A DNA stretch of 64,000 nucleotides from Podospora anserina (Eukaryota), in assembly GCA_017654855.1 (NCBI GenBank), contig CM030334.1, forward strand, positions 1,798,001-1,862,000, read 5' to 3'. The notes under the pieces were generated by a model that saw only the letters and a list, made by a program, of their open reading frames with translations, did no database searches and was not told the DNA's origin. Numbering within the stretch: position 1 is the stretch's first letter; each line of letters starts with the position of its first letter. Position numbers and translations under genes: made by a program. Shown one piece after another: positions 53,101 through 64,000 of this stretch.

Positions 53101-55985
53101 GACAATGAACAGCGTAAATATCAAGTCCACAGTCGACTTGTCTGGGGGAAAGGCATTCAAGATCGAGGTCGAAGTCGCACGTCTAGGCGTGCAATGCAAT
53201 TGCCAAAGCCTCGATCACAGACCTTGAAAACCCCCAAATCACACTCAGACACGCGACTAAACGACGGCAATGAGTAGTGATTTGTGATCTTGAGATGCAT
53301 AAGAACTGTCAAGCGCGCTTGTGGAAAGGGGAACATCGTGACTTACCAGAACCGACATGCTCAGCATCGACCGCAGGGGCAGCTTGGGAAGAGGAAGACA
53401 TGATTGTGACTGTAAGACTGTGAGGTACACAGTTAGATATAGCTCATGCCATGTGTAGCTAATGTCGTGGACTTATTCGACTGTGGTGATAGAAAAGAAG
53501 AAAAAATCCAATCGCAGCTGTTGTCCATGCCCGAGTAAAAGCAGAAAAAAAGGCAGCAGAGGAGAGAGAAAGTGAGAGGGGGAGGCACAGTACATAGTTG
53601 AGGGCAGGGCGGATCTCTCTCTGCTTGCAAATTTCAAGATTTGCACGCATCGACATGAGCTTTGCACGCACTGTGTCCTGACGACGACAGTCGATGATGG
53701 CGGCGGCACTTGCAACTTATACGCCGACTTAGTAAGAGCAGTCGCCAATGTTGAAGTCATGATGTCTTGTCTTTCAGGGGTAATGTTTACATGTGGTGTT
53801 ATCCACCAGCCACCCCCTGATATCCATAAATGAGGCTATACAAAGTACAGATAAATCACTACCTCCTACCCTTTTCCGCATCTCGTTATCTTCCATCTTC
53901 AATGATTTATAGATCATTGAAAATACAACCAAAGACATCAACACATCACCTCAACATCCCCTTCTGCAAGCTCCATGCCAAGACCTACATGTCACCCCCC
54001 TAACTTGGAAAGAGAAGCAGTTATTCCTTCTTCGCAAACCCTTTCCAGACCTTACTTTTCAGGCAGGATTAAGAAAGAAATCGGCAAAACCTCCTCGTGA
54101 CTCACTGGCCCAATAGGGTTGTTTTAGGAGCAAGTTAGAAGACTGGATAAAAAAATGGGCAGAGATAAGGTATCTTATCTGCCTGTTATACTGATAAGAG
54201 ACACGCCGAGTATATCGTTGACGTGTCGCGTGGCGTGGGATAGGGAAAGGTTAGTTCGTTGTACCGCCAGTTGTATATTAATACTATGAACATGAGAAAT
54301 GAACGTATTGTTATGCAGGGCACGGGCGGTAGAGCAGGAAGTTTAACTTTGACTCTCCACCGTCTTGGGATGGTGGTCGGAGGCAGGAATATCGTGACTT
54401 GTTGCCTGAGTATGGCTAGGAGAGATGCTGTCGCTGAAGAATATGCGCCAACATATATCATAATCTTCCCGCCCGTTCTAGCCGTATCCATCTTTCCCCG
54501 TGACCTCAATTTATCTTGAAAGCGCATGATACGTGTTACGTAAGACCGAGATTCTCATTCAAACCAAAGCCCTGACTGGCCGGGCTGCTACCTATAAACA
54601 TCAACACTGACAAAGCGATGTGGGAGCTTGGGAGTGAAAGTCATACATAGCAAAAAGAGTAAATGAAGCGTAAAATTTATAAGAGGCAAGCAACACGGTA
54701 CATCTTTCAAACCACGATACCGCCCCTCCAGCCTTTACCATTTCCCACACCACCGCTGCCGCGCCCTAGACCCTATCATATCCCTTCAACTCTCCAAGGT
54801 TCCACCCCTTGGTCTGGAAGTGACGGGCGATCCATTGATCACCCTCATCGTCCTCATCCCCACACCCAGCCCTCATCCCTATTTTTCACTTCCGCCGACA
54901 TAACCACCTTCATCCCGAACCTCCGTCGAGGCTAACCCGCCCACAAAGGTCTCACTCGACTCGAGCCAAGAAAGACACCGCCGTTGATATCATCCCCCCC
55001 CCATAAACACATCAGTAATCCCAAAATCCCCCCATCCCAAGACCGAATCCTCATATCGCCTCCATGCTCAATCCCCTCCGGTGCGACATCCTCCCAAGCC
55101 AGAAAATCCCCAACCTCTCCATTCCCAATATGACCACCCTGGACAATCCCGAGCCACATCACTGAGAGGTAAGGTAGCTAGGTGACAAACACCTCCGCTT
55201 CACTACCTCTGCCGATCCCCCTGGCCGACCACCTTCTGACGTCAACGTCTGTCTCACGCAGGCCCTCCCCAGCGCTGTCTTGCGATGGTGTTTTCCGTGG
55301 CTTCTCCGCTATTTTCGACCACAGGAGGCTGGTGGGTCATAGCTCAGACGGCCGTTACAGGCGGCGATCATGTCGTTGGTGCTCATATGGACCAGCCGAT
55401 GGTGACCCTTGATTAGGCAGTTGACCCTGCACCTGGGGCTCGGGGTCCTTGTACCGGTGACTTGGGAATCTGAGTATCTGGCTCGTTGGCTTCCACTTGG
55501 GAGCCAGGGTCTTGCGTGGGTGGCAATGGACTGATACCGGTCTGAGACAACAGGGCTAGACGGCTGCTTTGGAGAGAGCCATTTCGGGGTCGATGATAGT
55601 GGTGAACATCGAACCCCTCCTGGAATGTTGGACCACGGCAAATATGGAACTGATCAGACTGGAAAGTCTGAGTCTACACTGTATCCGGCAGCTCGGGTCA
55701 GCCCCAGCACGGAACAACAATCGTGAGCCTGCAGCAGGAATCCAGCTCCTCGACCTTCATGGTCTTGGACGTTGCGGTACAGACACCTGGCCAGCCGGGG
55801 AGGGGGATTTCTGGGGGCACAACCGCATCCCGGCAACGCATCGTCCGCCCAGGTGTTGATCCAGTGGTAGACCGAGACCTCTCCGACAGAGATTGTACCG
55901 GGGATCGGGGTGAGAACCTCCGCTTGTCTCGTCCCAGATGCTCTGATGGGTGCAGCGCAATCCTCTAGTGCTGGTAGGTGCCCGG

Positions 55986-56303
55986 TCATTGCCGTTGGGC
56001 GTTTTGTGAAATAAGGGGTATATATAGGTAAAGACAGTCGAAATCGCTGAGAACGAGGCACCCCTGTACTTGTACTGCCGGTGGCCGTTTCGTCAACCAG
56101 TCTCTGTGGATGCGTGTAGTCTCCTTAGTGCTGATGAGGGAATGCCATGCTTCGGCATAGAGAAGATAATGGGGGGCTTTGATACTGCCCCATTCAAATG
56201 CTCGGTATGTCTCGTCAAACTCTGGCTCTCGAACGATTCTCTCAGCAATCATCCTGGCCGGGAACCTGCATTGCTCTTGGGCTAACTCCCTGTCAATGGC
56301 CAC
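55986..56303 (-). pseudogene. Family Y paralogue fragment, inverted relative to 37746-38468
   Basis: RELAQEQCRFPARMIAERIVREPEFDETYRAFEWGSIKAPHYLLYAEAW vs RELAQARCRFLARLIAERILREPEFNEPYHAFQRASIKTLHYLLYTEAW. Confidence 0.65.
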
Positions 56304-58093
56304 CGGGGTAGGTGAATGATGTAATCGACACCAAAACTGAGGCGAGGTTTAGAGGGATCATAACCTGTGGGAGATGGTAGAGGTGGTGGAAGAGAAAAGA
56401 GTGAAGGCAGCCATGAAAGCAAGACAGTAATCCCTCCCGCAAGGACCCCGCCCGCGATCAAAGGCACCAAGCTCCTGGTCAACTTAACACGCATGGAACC
56501 GCCCGTCGAGGGCTGGCTTGCTGCGTAGAGAAATGAAAAGACTTTTATCCAGAGTGAGCAGTTTTCCCACAACCTTTGTTGGGGCGTTCGGCCCCCAAGA
56601 ATAGACTCCTTCCGCTCGAGTGCCTAGGTTGGTTGGTAACGGCGATAGCTGAGGGTACAGTTGGGTTTTTGAAGGTTGATATGCCGGAGAGTACCGCTGA
56701 TGGTGATGTGAAGGAGCAGCATAGATGAGTGATAGTCGCCGTCCGGTGGCTCCTCACAGAAAGATGGATGGGATGTGTCGACTGGTCGAAGGTTACTGTG
56801 ATCCAGAACTGTTGATCTTGGGTGCTTTGTATCACCACAGCCCTTAAGCCCTTGACTGATGCTGGCGTACCCACCAGACACTCAATCACCAATCCCTCCT
56901 TTTCTCTCCACAGGTTCTCCGTCAGCATGGCCCGGCTGGCAATGATCAAGAGGACAGGATGGTGAAGGCTGAGAGGTAGATTTTAGATCTCCTCAACACA
57001 CACAAGTTGGCCCGAGAACAGGCACACCAGAATGGAAAAGGCATACCTACAGGCGTGGATGAAGCTGTGATTTCCAACGGAGCACAAGAACGGCATCAGA
57101 ATGGCTCCTCAAAGACATTCTGCTTTGCGGTGGTCAGGGCCTTGAATGATATCCTTAAACTTGTCGAGACATTCATCCACCCCTGGAACTAATTCCACCA
57201 CACGACGGCGACGAGAACCACGCAACTGATTTCGCCGTGAAGTCGGTTTTGCCAGAAAAGATCCTCAAACCCATTACCAGCACTCATCCCACCAACACGA
57301 CCAACCTCAGTGAACATTACCGAGCACAATATTCGACCCCGACATTCCGGTTCACCCCAAGACAAGCCCCCAGCCCGAGCATGTTACTTGTGTGGCCGCC
57401 CAGCCAGTCCCAAGCCAGGTGAGAGCCAGGAAACAGTCTCGGGCTTTGGACGCGGTCTGTGGTGCCTAAGGTAGGTAGGTGAATGGTGGTCAAGGTGAGA
57501 AGGTGAAAGAAAGGAAAGAGGTTTTTGCTATCACGATGAAACCAATTGTTGGTGATAGAAATTGAGATATATATATATATATACCCTTCTGTCTGTCTGT
57601 GTCTTAACGTGAGAGCAGACGTCAGGCCTTGAACACAAATGCTCAGAAGCAGGAAAATGATGCTGAAGACAATGTGAACGTAAAGATGAGACTGATGTTG
57701 GGAATGAAAACTTCTAGCTGTGAATGTCCCAGGCCTATTATACCCATCATTTACCCTTTCCCCCTCCCCACCAGGCCATAACCGCTGGCGCCATCGTCGG
57801 TGCTTGTCTTGAAAGAAAACCTCCGTTTGGGCTATGCATGTGTTCGCAAGCATAAAGCAGCTGCACCGAGCGTTTCCATCTGCCATGCACCGTCTGTTTG
57901 GGATGTGTTTGTCCTCTGGCATTAGCGTCCCCCGCACCGTCACGCATGGTCAAGAGACCTTCAGAGATGCTGCAACCCGGAAAGAAAGAAACGCCCTGTT
58001 TTTACTCTATGTGTAACATACCAGTTCGCCACCAAACCCAGTACTCCTCCCTTCCCGTAACCTCATGATCAGTGTCCCATCGGAATCCTCATC

Positions 58094-59300
58094 CTAAGAG
58101 ACCTCCTCCACCATCCTGCCCGAAGCCAAACCACCCTTGATGAAAACCCTCCCGGCAGGTCCAGCCAACATCTCATCCGGAACAGACACCTTGCTTCCGT
58201 CTTTATTGTTGACCCACCTCACAAACATGGGATCAGCACGGGGAGCAGCCTCGGCGGTGCCATCCGGGGTATCATACCCACCCGCGGCAAGAAGCGCATT
58301 CTTCCGGTTTGTCTTAGGCGCTTGCTTCTTGAGGAGCTTGTTGATGGTTTCCATCTAACACACCATGTTAGTTATGTTCTCAGTAAAACAGACAAAGGCA
58401 AACAAACCTTGACCTCCTCATTCCGCTTCTCGCTCAGATTCCGTCTCCGTCTGGCCATCTCGGCACGTCTCATGGACAGCTCCTCGGCGGTGAAAACCTT
58501 CTTCGCTTGGACCTCATCAGACAGCTTAAGGTACTCGTGAGATGCCTCTCCAAGCTTAGCCCTCTGTCTGGCCGTGAGTTTTGACAGATCTGGTGTCCCT
58601 CCTCTGCTCCCCAGCTCGCTGTCCAGATCATCATCCTCCCCCCCTTCAGCATCCTCATCATCAACCACAATCTCCTCCTCTCCCTCGGCATCAATATCCT
58701 CCTCCTCCCCCTCAGCATCCTCCTCCTCCTCCTCCTCCTCGTCTTCCTCCTCCTCCTCTTCCTCGGCATCAACTCCCATGGTGATATCCTCCGGCTCGCT
58801 CTCCAGCTCACTAAGCTCCTCATCATCGTCATCATCAGCGTAGTGAATAGCCGGTTTAGCCTTGACAGGCGTGGTCTTTGCCTTGTTGGCAGGGACAGCC
58901 ACGCCCCTCTGAGGCTTGGTGACCTTGATAGCAGGCGGCGGAGGAGCAATGGACATGTCGGCATCCTCATCATCGTCCTCTTCCCCTTCAGCATCAATGT
59001 CCATGTCATCCCCATCGTCCATATCCTCATCTTCATCCTCTTCTTCTTCCTCCGCCTCTTCGTCTTCCTCATCGTCGTCATCTTCCAGGTCGTTTCGGAG
59101 ACCGGAACGGTTGCTGTTTCCCTTAACTTCAATCTCCTGTTTCGGCTCCTCCTCTTCCTCGTCTTCGTCTTCCTCCTCCTCATCTACGTCGTCGCCCTCG
59201 CTACTTTCGATAACATAGCGATTTCCGCCTCCTCTGGTCCGATTCCCTCCTGAAGATCCTGGCCGGGTGGTGGAGGTGCTGGGGATAGCTTTCCGTTTGC

Positions 59301-59331
<31 letters not shown>

Positions 59332-59589
59332 GCTGCTTGTCCCGCTGGTGGCCTGGCGAAGCTTGCTAGATGAGGTCTTGACTGTTAAGTGGATATGCTG
59401 GTCGGCATCTGCAGGACCGGTGGGGGAGGATCCGGGCCTCCGCGACACAGAGGCGATGCCGTTTCCTGAGCGGCGGTTGGACGAGCGTGACGACATGGTG
59501 CGCTCGTTATCCTTGTTATCTCTGTCGGCGAGGTCAGTGATTTTCACGGTGGCGCGCTGAGCGGCCGAGCGACGCGGCCGGGACGACAT
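58094..59589 (-). CDS. IES2: INO80 complex subunit Ies2 (PAPA-1 domain); intron 58355-58407
   Basis: Long acidic tracts, SKLTARQRA, EELSMRRAEMARRRRNLSEKRNEEVKMETINKLLKKQ, FVRWV. Confidence 0.9.
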
Positions 59590-59630
59590 GATGGAAATGA
59601 TGCGTGTGGGTGATGAAACGTGGGAGTGAA

Positions 59631-59658
59631 GAGTGAGAGTGAGAGTGAGAGTGAGGGC

Positions 59659-59700
<42 letters not shown>

Positions 59701-59705
59701 GAGAG
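59631..59705. repeat. (GAGAGT)n microsatellite just upstream of IES2
   Basis: About 12 hexamer units. Confidence 0.9.
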
Positions 59706-60985
59706 ATGAGGAATGTTGACAATTGATGATGTGGCTGGTGGCTGGCTTTGTTGGTCGGTTGGCTGATAATGCCCTATGGATAGTAGCGTTGATGTGTGGA
59801 GGTTGCGAGAGAGACAAGGCACGTCGTCCGAATAAGCTTGCCTCGCCTTGCTTTGCCTTGCCTATGCCTTGCCGTGTGTGGGCGGCGTGTGGTGTGTGAT
59901 TTGCGACTGTGTGAGATGGGCGCGGGCGTGCCAATGGGCAGAAAGGCTCTCGACCGGAATTTGAGCCTTCCCCAATTCATTCGCGGAGCTGTGTGTACTT
60001 CTTTCCAACCGTTGCACTTGGTCAAAAAGTAGGTTTCACAAGGTGTTTGCCGGCTCCGGCTCCGACAGACGCCGCCTGCACTTCGAACTGTCGGTCGTCT
60101 CGTCCCATCTCTCTCACTCTCTCTCTCTCTCTCTCCCTGGAGGCGCGATGCAGATCCCAGATCACCCCAGAGAGAAGAGAGTTGAGGCCGGTCCTGTTTC
60201 TCAGGGGGCATAACCGCCACCATCATCATCACAACCGTCCACCCACATTCTCATCATCTCTCACTTGAATCGCAAAAAAGATCACTCACATTGGGTGTTT
60301 TGCGACGGACTACCTATCTCAACGGCTTGCTGCGTTCTGGCGGCGGTGTAATCAGCAAGGCTGTTTCTCAATGGTGGCTCTCTGGGCTGTCGACGTCATC
60401 TTTCATCAACGGACCGTCTGGGCACTCAATCTCGATTGACATACCAGAGTATTTGTGGATCAGTTGTTCGATGGCGACACTCTCACAGTGAGCGGCAGGA
60501 ACACATAAATGTCTGTCAGGCAAGACAGACACAGCAGAGAGTATGAGGTGATGGTACAAAAATGACAAAAAGTACACTCGGAATAAACGAAATGATACAC
60601 CGCAAAGAACACGGCAAAAAATGACGTCTTCTTCTTCTGTCTGACAGATGGAGCTCGACTCGAATCGTATTGAGCATATACAAACACTTGACCGTGATTG
60701 ATGGCCGGTGGGATAGTGGATCGTGGCCCAGCGGACGACCCCAGAATTTGGCGTCTCTAGTTGTGGGGCCGTTGCTGGGTGCTGTTATGAGTGGGGTCAC
60801 GTCCAAGGCGCCCAGACCAGGCCTATCCCGGCACCAGCGCAGTTGGGCGAGCCTCGGTAACAATTTCACGGCCAAAGTGACGCTGTTGTTGATGACGGCT
60901 GTCGGTTTCCATCTTTCTTTATTTTCGACTCTCGTCACACCGGCTGTTCCTCTTACTCGCATCAGCCATCACCACAGCCAGCAGC

Positions 60986-62177
60986 ATGACCGACGCCGAC
61001 AAGAAGCCAGACCCAGAAGTCCCCGCGGCCACAGAGCCCGCCGTGCTCGAGACGCCCCCGACAAACATCGAGCCATCAACAAACACCGAAGCTGAGTCTT
61101 CCACTGCGCCGGCGCCAGAGAAGACGCGAGAAGCCACCCTCGAGCAGGCGCGCATCTTTCTCAAAGACACCGAGACCCAAAAGGCGACCGCAGCACAAAA
61201 AACAGAGTTTCTCAAGAGCAAAGGGCTGTCGGATAGTGATATTCAAGACCTCCTAAAGGAAGTTACCCAAGATGCGCCAGTACGTTTTTCTCTGCCATAT
61301 TGCTTACCAGCATATATCACACTAACCTTTTCATCTCCCCCAGCACCTCGACCAACAACCACCCCTAACCACCACCACCTCCGTCCTCCCAAAAGAAGAC
61401 CGCCCCCCCATCGTCACCTACCCCGAATTCCTCACCACCCCCTCCCGCCCCCCACCCCTAATCACCCCAAACATCTTCCTCAACACAGTCTACGCCTTCA
61501 CGGGGTTGTCAACCCTCATCTACGGCACCTCCAAGTTTGTCCTCGAACCCATGGTCACCTCCCTCACCGCCTCGAGGATTGAACTCGCCACAGCAGCGAA
61601 TGATAACCTCTCCAAATTGGTCACCAAGCTAGAAGAAACCGTTTCCCAAATCCCAACCTACCCCTCCCACGACCAGGACCACTCCCCTCGTCAGTCACTA
61701 GACATGCAATCCCAATACGACGATCCAACCGAGCTGTTCCACCGCGACATTGGCATCCAGACAGAAGACACACCCCGCTCCTCCCTCAACTTGTCTACTC
61801 CCCTCTTTCCTGGGAACGCAAAAGAAACGGCTACGAATTACCAGGCCAGACGTCTGTCTGGTCTGGTCAAGTCTTTGAGACAAGTTAATGAGGGTTTGGC
61901 GAGCCAGTCGGAGGGTTACGCGGATGTGAAGACGGTGCTGGAGGTGATGAGGGATGATTTGGAGGGTTTGGCGAGGGAGACGAGCGGGGAGGTGTATGGG
62001 GGGTACAACATGTACGGGGCGAGGCAGGAGAGGGATGATGAGATTAGGAGGGCGAAGGAGAATATCAGGAGGGTGAAGGGGGTGCTGTTGAGCAGCAGGA
62101 GTTTTCCGGGGGATAGGTCGGGGGTTGTCACGGCTGGGCAGGGGCTGAGGGGGGGGTTTGGGATTGGGGGGAGGTAG
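60986..62177 (+). CDS. PEX33: Peroxin Pex14/17 (PEX33); intron 61280-61343
   Basis: Pex14_N-like EQARIFL..KTEFLKSKGLSDSDI; PPIVTYPEFL; DDPTELFHRDIG; C-terminal KENIRRVKGVLLSSRSFP. Confidence 0.88.
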
Positions 62178-63672
62178 ATTGGTGGATTGCAGGGTCTTGT
62201 AAGGGGGTGGTGAGGGGGTGGAGTGTATTCTTTTTGGTTTGTTTGATGATTAATGGAGATATGGTATGGTTACACAGGAGATGGAAGCGTTGATGGAAGC
62301 CAGGAGGATCCAGACAGGTTTTCAATTTTGAACGGCTTCCCGAACATGTTGTGCCTACAGAAGCTAGCGGAATACAAAAACACTCGGACAGCTCGGTTGT
62401 GTGTGCTACGGGATTGATCAAAAACAAAACAACCTGCTGGAGATGCACAGGAGATGCTCGATTTGGGATTCCCAAGGACGCGCTACAAACTACAGAGAGG
62501 TGGCGGCGTCTTGGCTAGTGCGGGTGGGTGTGGTCATCTGTCAGTTTGTCGAGCATGGGAATTATTGGTTACACTTACAGGTCTAGGTCGGTATGCAGGC
62601 TCGTTTGTTAGGCGATGGGTGGGTGGTGAGGGGCAAAATGGGTACAGCGGGAGGTTTGTCAGCGTGGAAAGTGGTGGTGGACAGTTTGACCCTCCTGCTT
62701 TGTGTTACGCAGCGGGAGTGGGAGGTGGGAATAGCTCGATGTTGTGAGGAGGGACGGTGGGATTATTCTTCAAAATCACCCGAGGTGAGACCTGCCACAG
62801 AGGTAGCTACACACCGCTTTGGACGGTAGAAATATACATAATCAATTCTTCCCTGTCTATAAAGGAGGATATAATTCAGGGTCTGTACCAAAAGCAAAAG
62901 GACCTTTCAGCTCTAGACCAAGCTTGTTCCCAACCTCTTGAACGGGGCGGCCGGCCAATGTAGTCTCGATCGCATGCCGAGAGGGCAAGTTGCAGATGAT
63001 GGAGGCACCGCAGCGTTGCATTTACCAAGCACAAGAGATGTACTATGTATGTATGTACACAGACGGCGGCCGGCGGGCATCCATTCAAGTCCCCCGCATC
63101 AAGTGGGAGTGTGATGTGAGGTGGGTGGTAGGAGAGAAAAGAGAAAAAACACGCCACCAGTTCACCCAGTTTGGATGGAAGAAAGGGTGGGGGGGGGGTT
63201 TGTTGGAGGGCGGAGAATGGGATTTGAGGGGATTCCCAGTGACAACTGACACGAATAGTGCCGTCTGAGGAACAAAAGTCAAAACGGTTTGGCAGCAAGT
63301 CCACAAGTCACACGATCTCAGCAGATGGCCCCAAACCTACATGTCACTGGCGCCGGGACCCACCACGAACGGGTGGAGTGGGGTTGTTTTTTTTTGAGTT
63401 GCTGGTTGCCCAGTGGTGGTGGAGACGAAGGATTTCAGGTGCCGTTTCTCAAAATTGAGATATTGATTCTCATCCACTGCGCTGGGAACCACTCACAAGA
63501 CAATCAAAACAAGGCTCGGGATCTCTTCGTTAGTGGCGTGTTCCTGAACATAATCCTCTCTCAACAACAAGGAACGAGGCTCGGCCAGAATCGGTAGACA
63601 CAGAGAGGAAAAAACGGCCATCGGATCCTGCCGCTTCCCCAGACTCGGGAACACAGCTTTTGCAAGAAAGCC

Positions 63673-64000
63673 ATGCACTCGGATGAGGGAGGGCCAGAAG
63701 CGCCCACAGACACAGACACCATGCCGATCAACAAAGACCCCGCCACGGCCACAGCCATCCTTGATGAGAGAGACACCGCTCATGATGCAAGTCAGGACGG
63801 GACTAGTGCTGCCACTGCCACTGCTGTCAGACTCACATCACCTGGTATGTTTTTGTCTCTTGATCCTCTTCTTCTTCTTCTTGTTCTTCTTCTACTCTGA
63901 TCAACATCCCTCTCAACCCTCCCTTGCTCTTCCTACACTACACTATGTCTTATCCCCCCACAAGTCAATGCGCAGATCGCTAATGTGAGCTTTGCTGTGC
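63673..64000 (+). CDS. Probable first exon of a gene running off the window
   Basis: ATG ORF followed by a gtatgt donor at ~63845 and a pyrimidine-rich intron. Confidence 0.35.

Noticed and set aside
55650..57230. Degenerate NACHT-ankyrin NLR (VPGVDEC; RLLFRAGADP on the minus strand)
   Set aside because: Two short motifs in broken frames, with no Walker A or repeat series; insufficient support.
16300..57950. Starship/Enterprise element or a canonical Spok gene
   Set aside because: No tyrosine-recombinase captain ORF and no single long coiled-coil/nuclease/kinase ORF seen.
59590..59934. N-terminal extension of the IES2 ORF (LTLTLALT..)
   Set aside because: Produced by the GAGAGT microsatellite; the likely start is MSSRPRR at 59589.
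60345..60410. Possible minus-strand C/D snoRNA (TGATGA..cagccttgCTGA)
   Set aside because: Only ~8-9 nt of rRNA-like complementarity and no terminal stem; likely chance.

Overview
Intron-containing filamentous ascomycete DNA (Sordariales; the GAPDH sequence and gene style suggest Podospora, an inference). Two conserved housekeeping blocks flank a ~41 kb accessory island. The left block (1-15.6 kb) holds Rab11/Ypt31, BRX1, an F-box gene, HDA1, an Arg/Ser-rich gene that appears to have a 2.3 kb first intron, and GAPDH. The right block (58-64 kb) holds IES2, PEX14/17 (PEX33) and a partial gene. The island (~16.3-57.9 kb) has no recognisable housekeeping gene. Its mobile elements are a full-length defective Ty1/copia element (identical LTRs, a candidate -1 gag-pol frameshift signal, inserted inside a small gene), a RIP-damaged Fot1/pogo transposon and two MITEs. 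It also holds several decayed paralogue families, a Myb-like + GIY-YIG gene broken by one stop codon, and a degenerate PD-(D/E)xK-like nuclease gene directly upstream of a kinase-like gene. That nuclease/kinase pair resembles a split Spok/Crinkler-type toxin-antidote module and is the most interesting candidate. All calls come from reading the sequence by eye; no searches were run.
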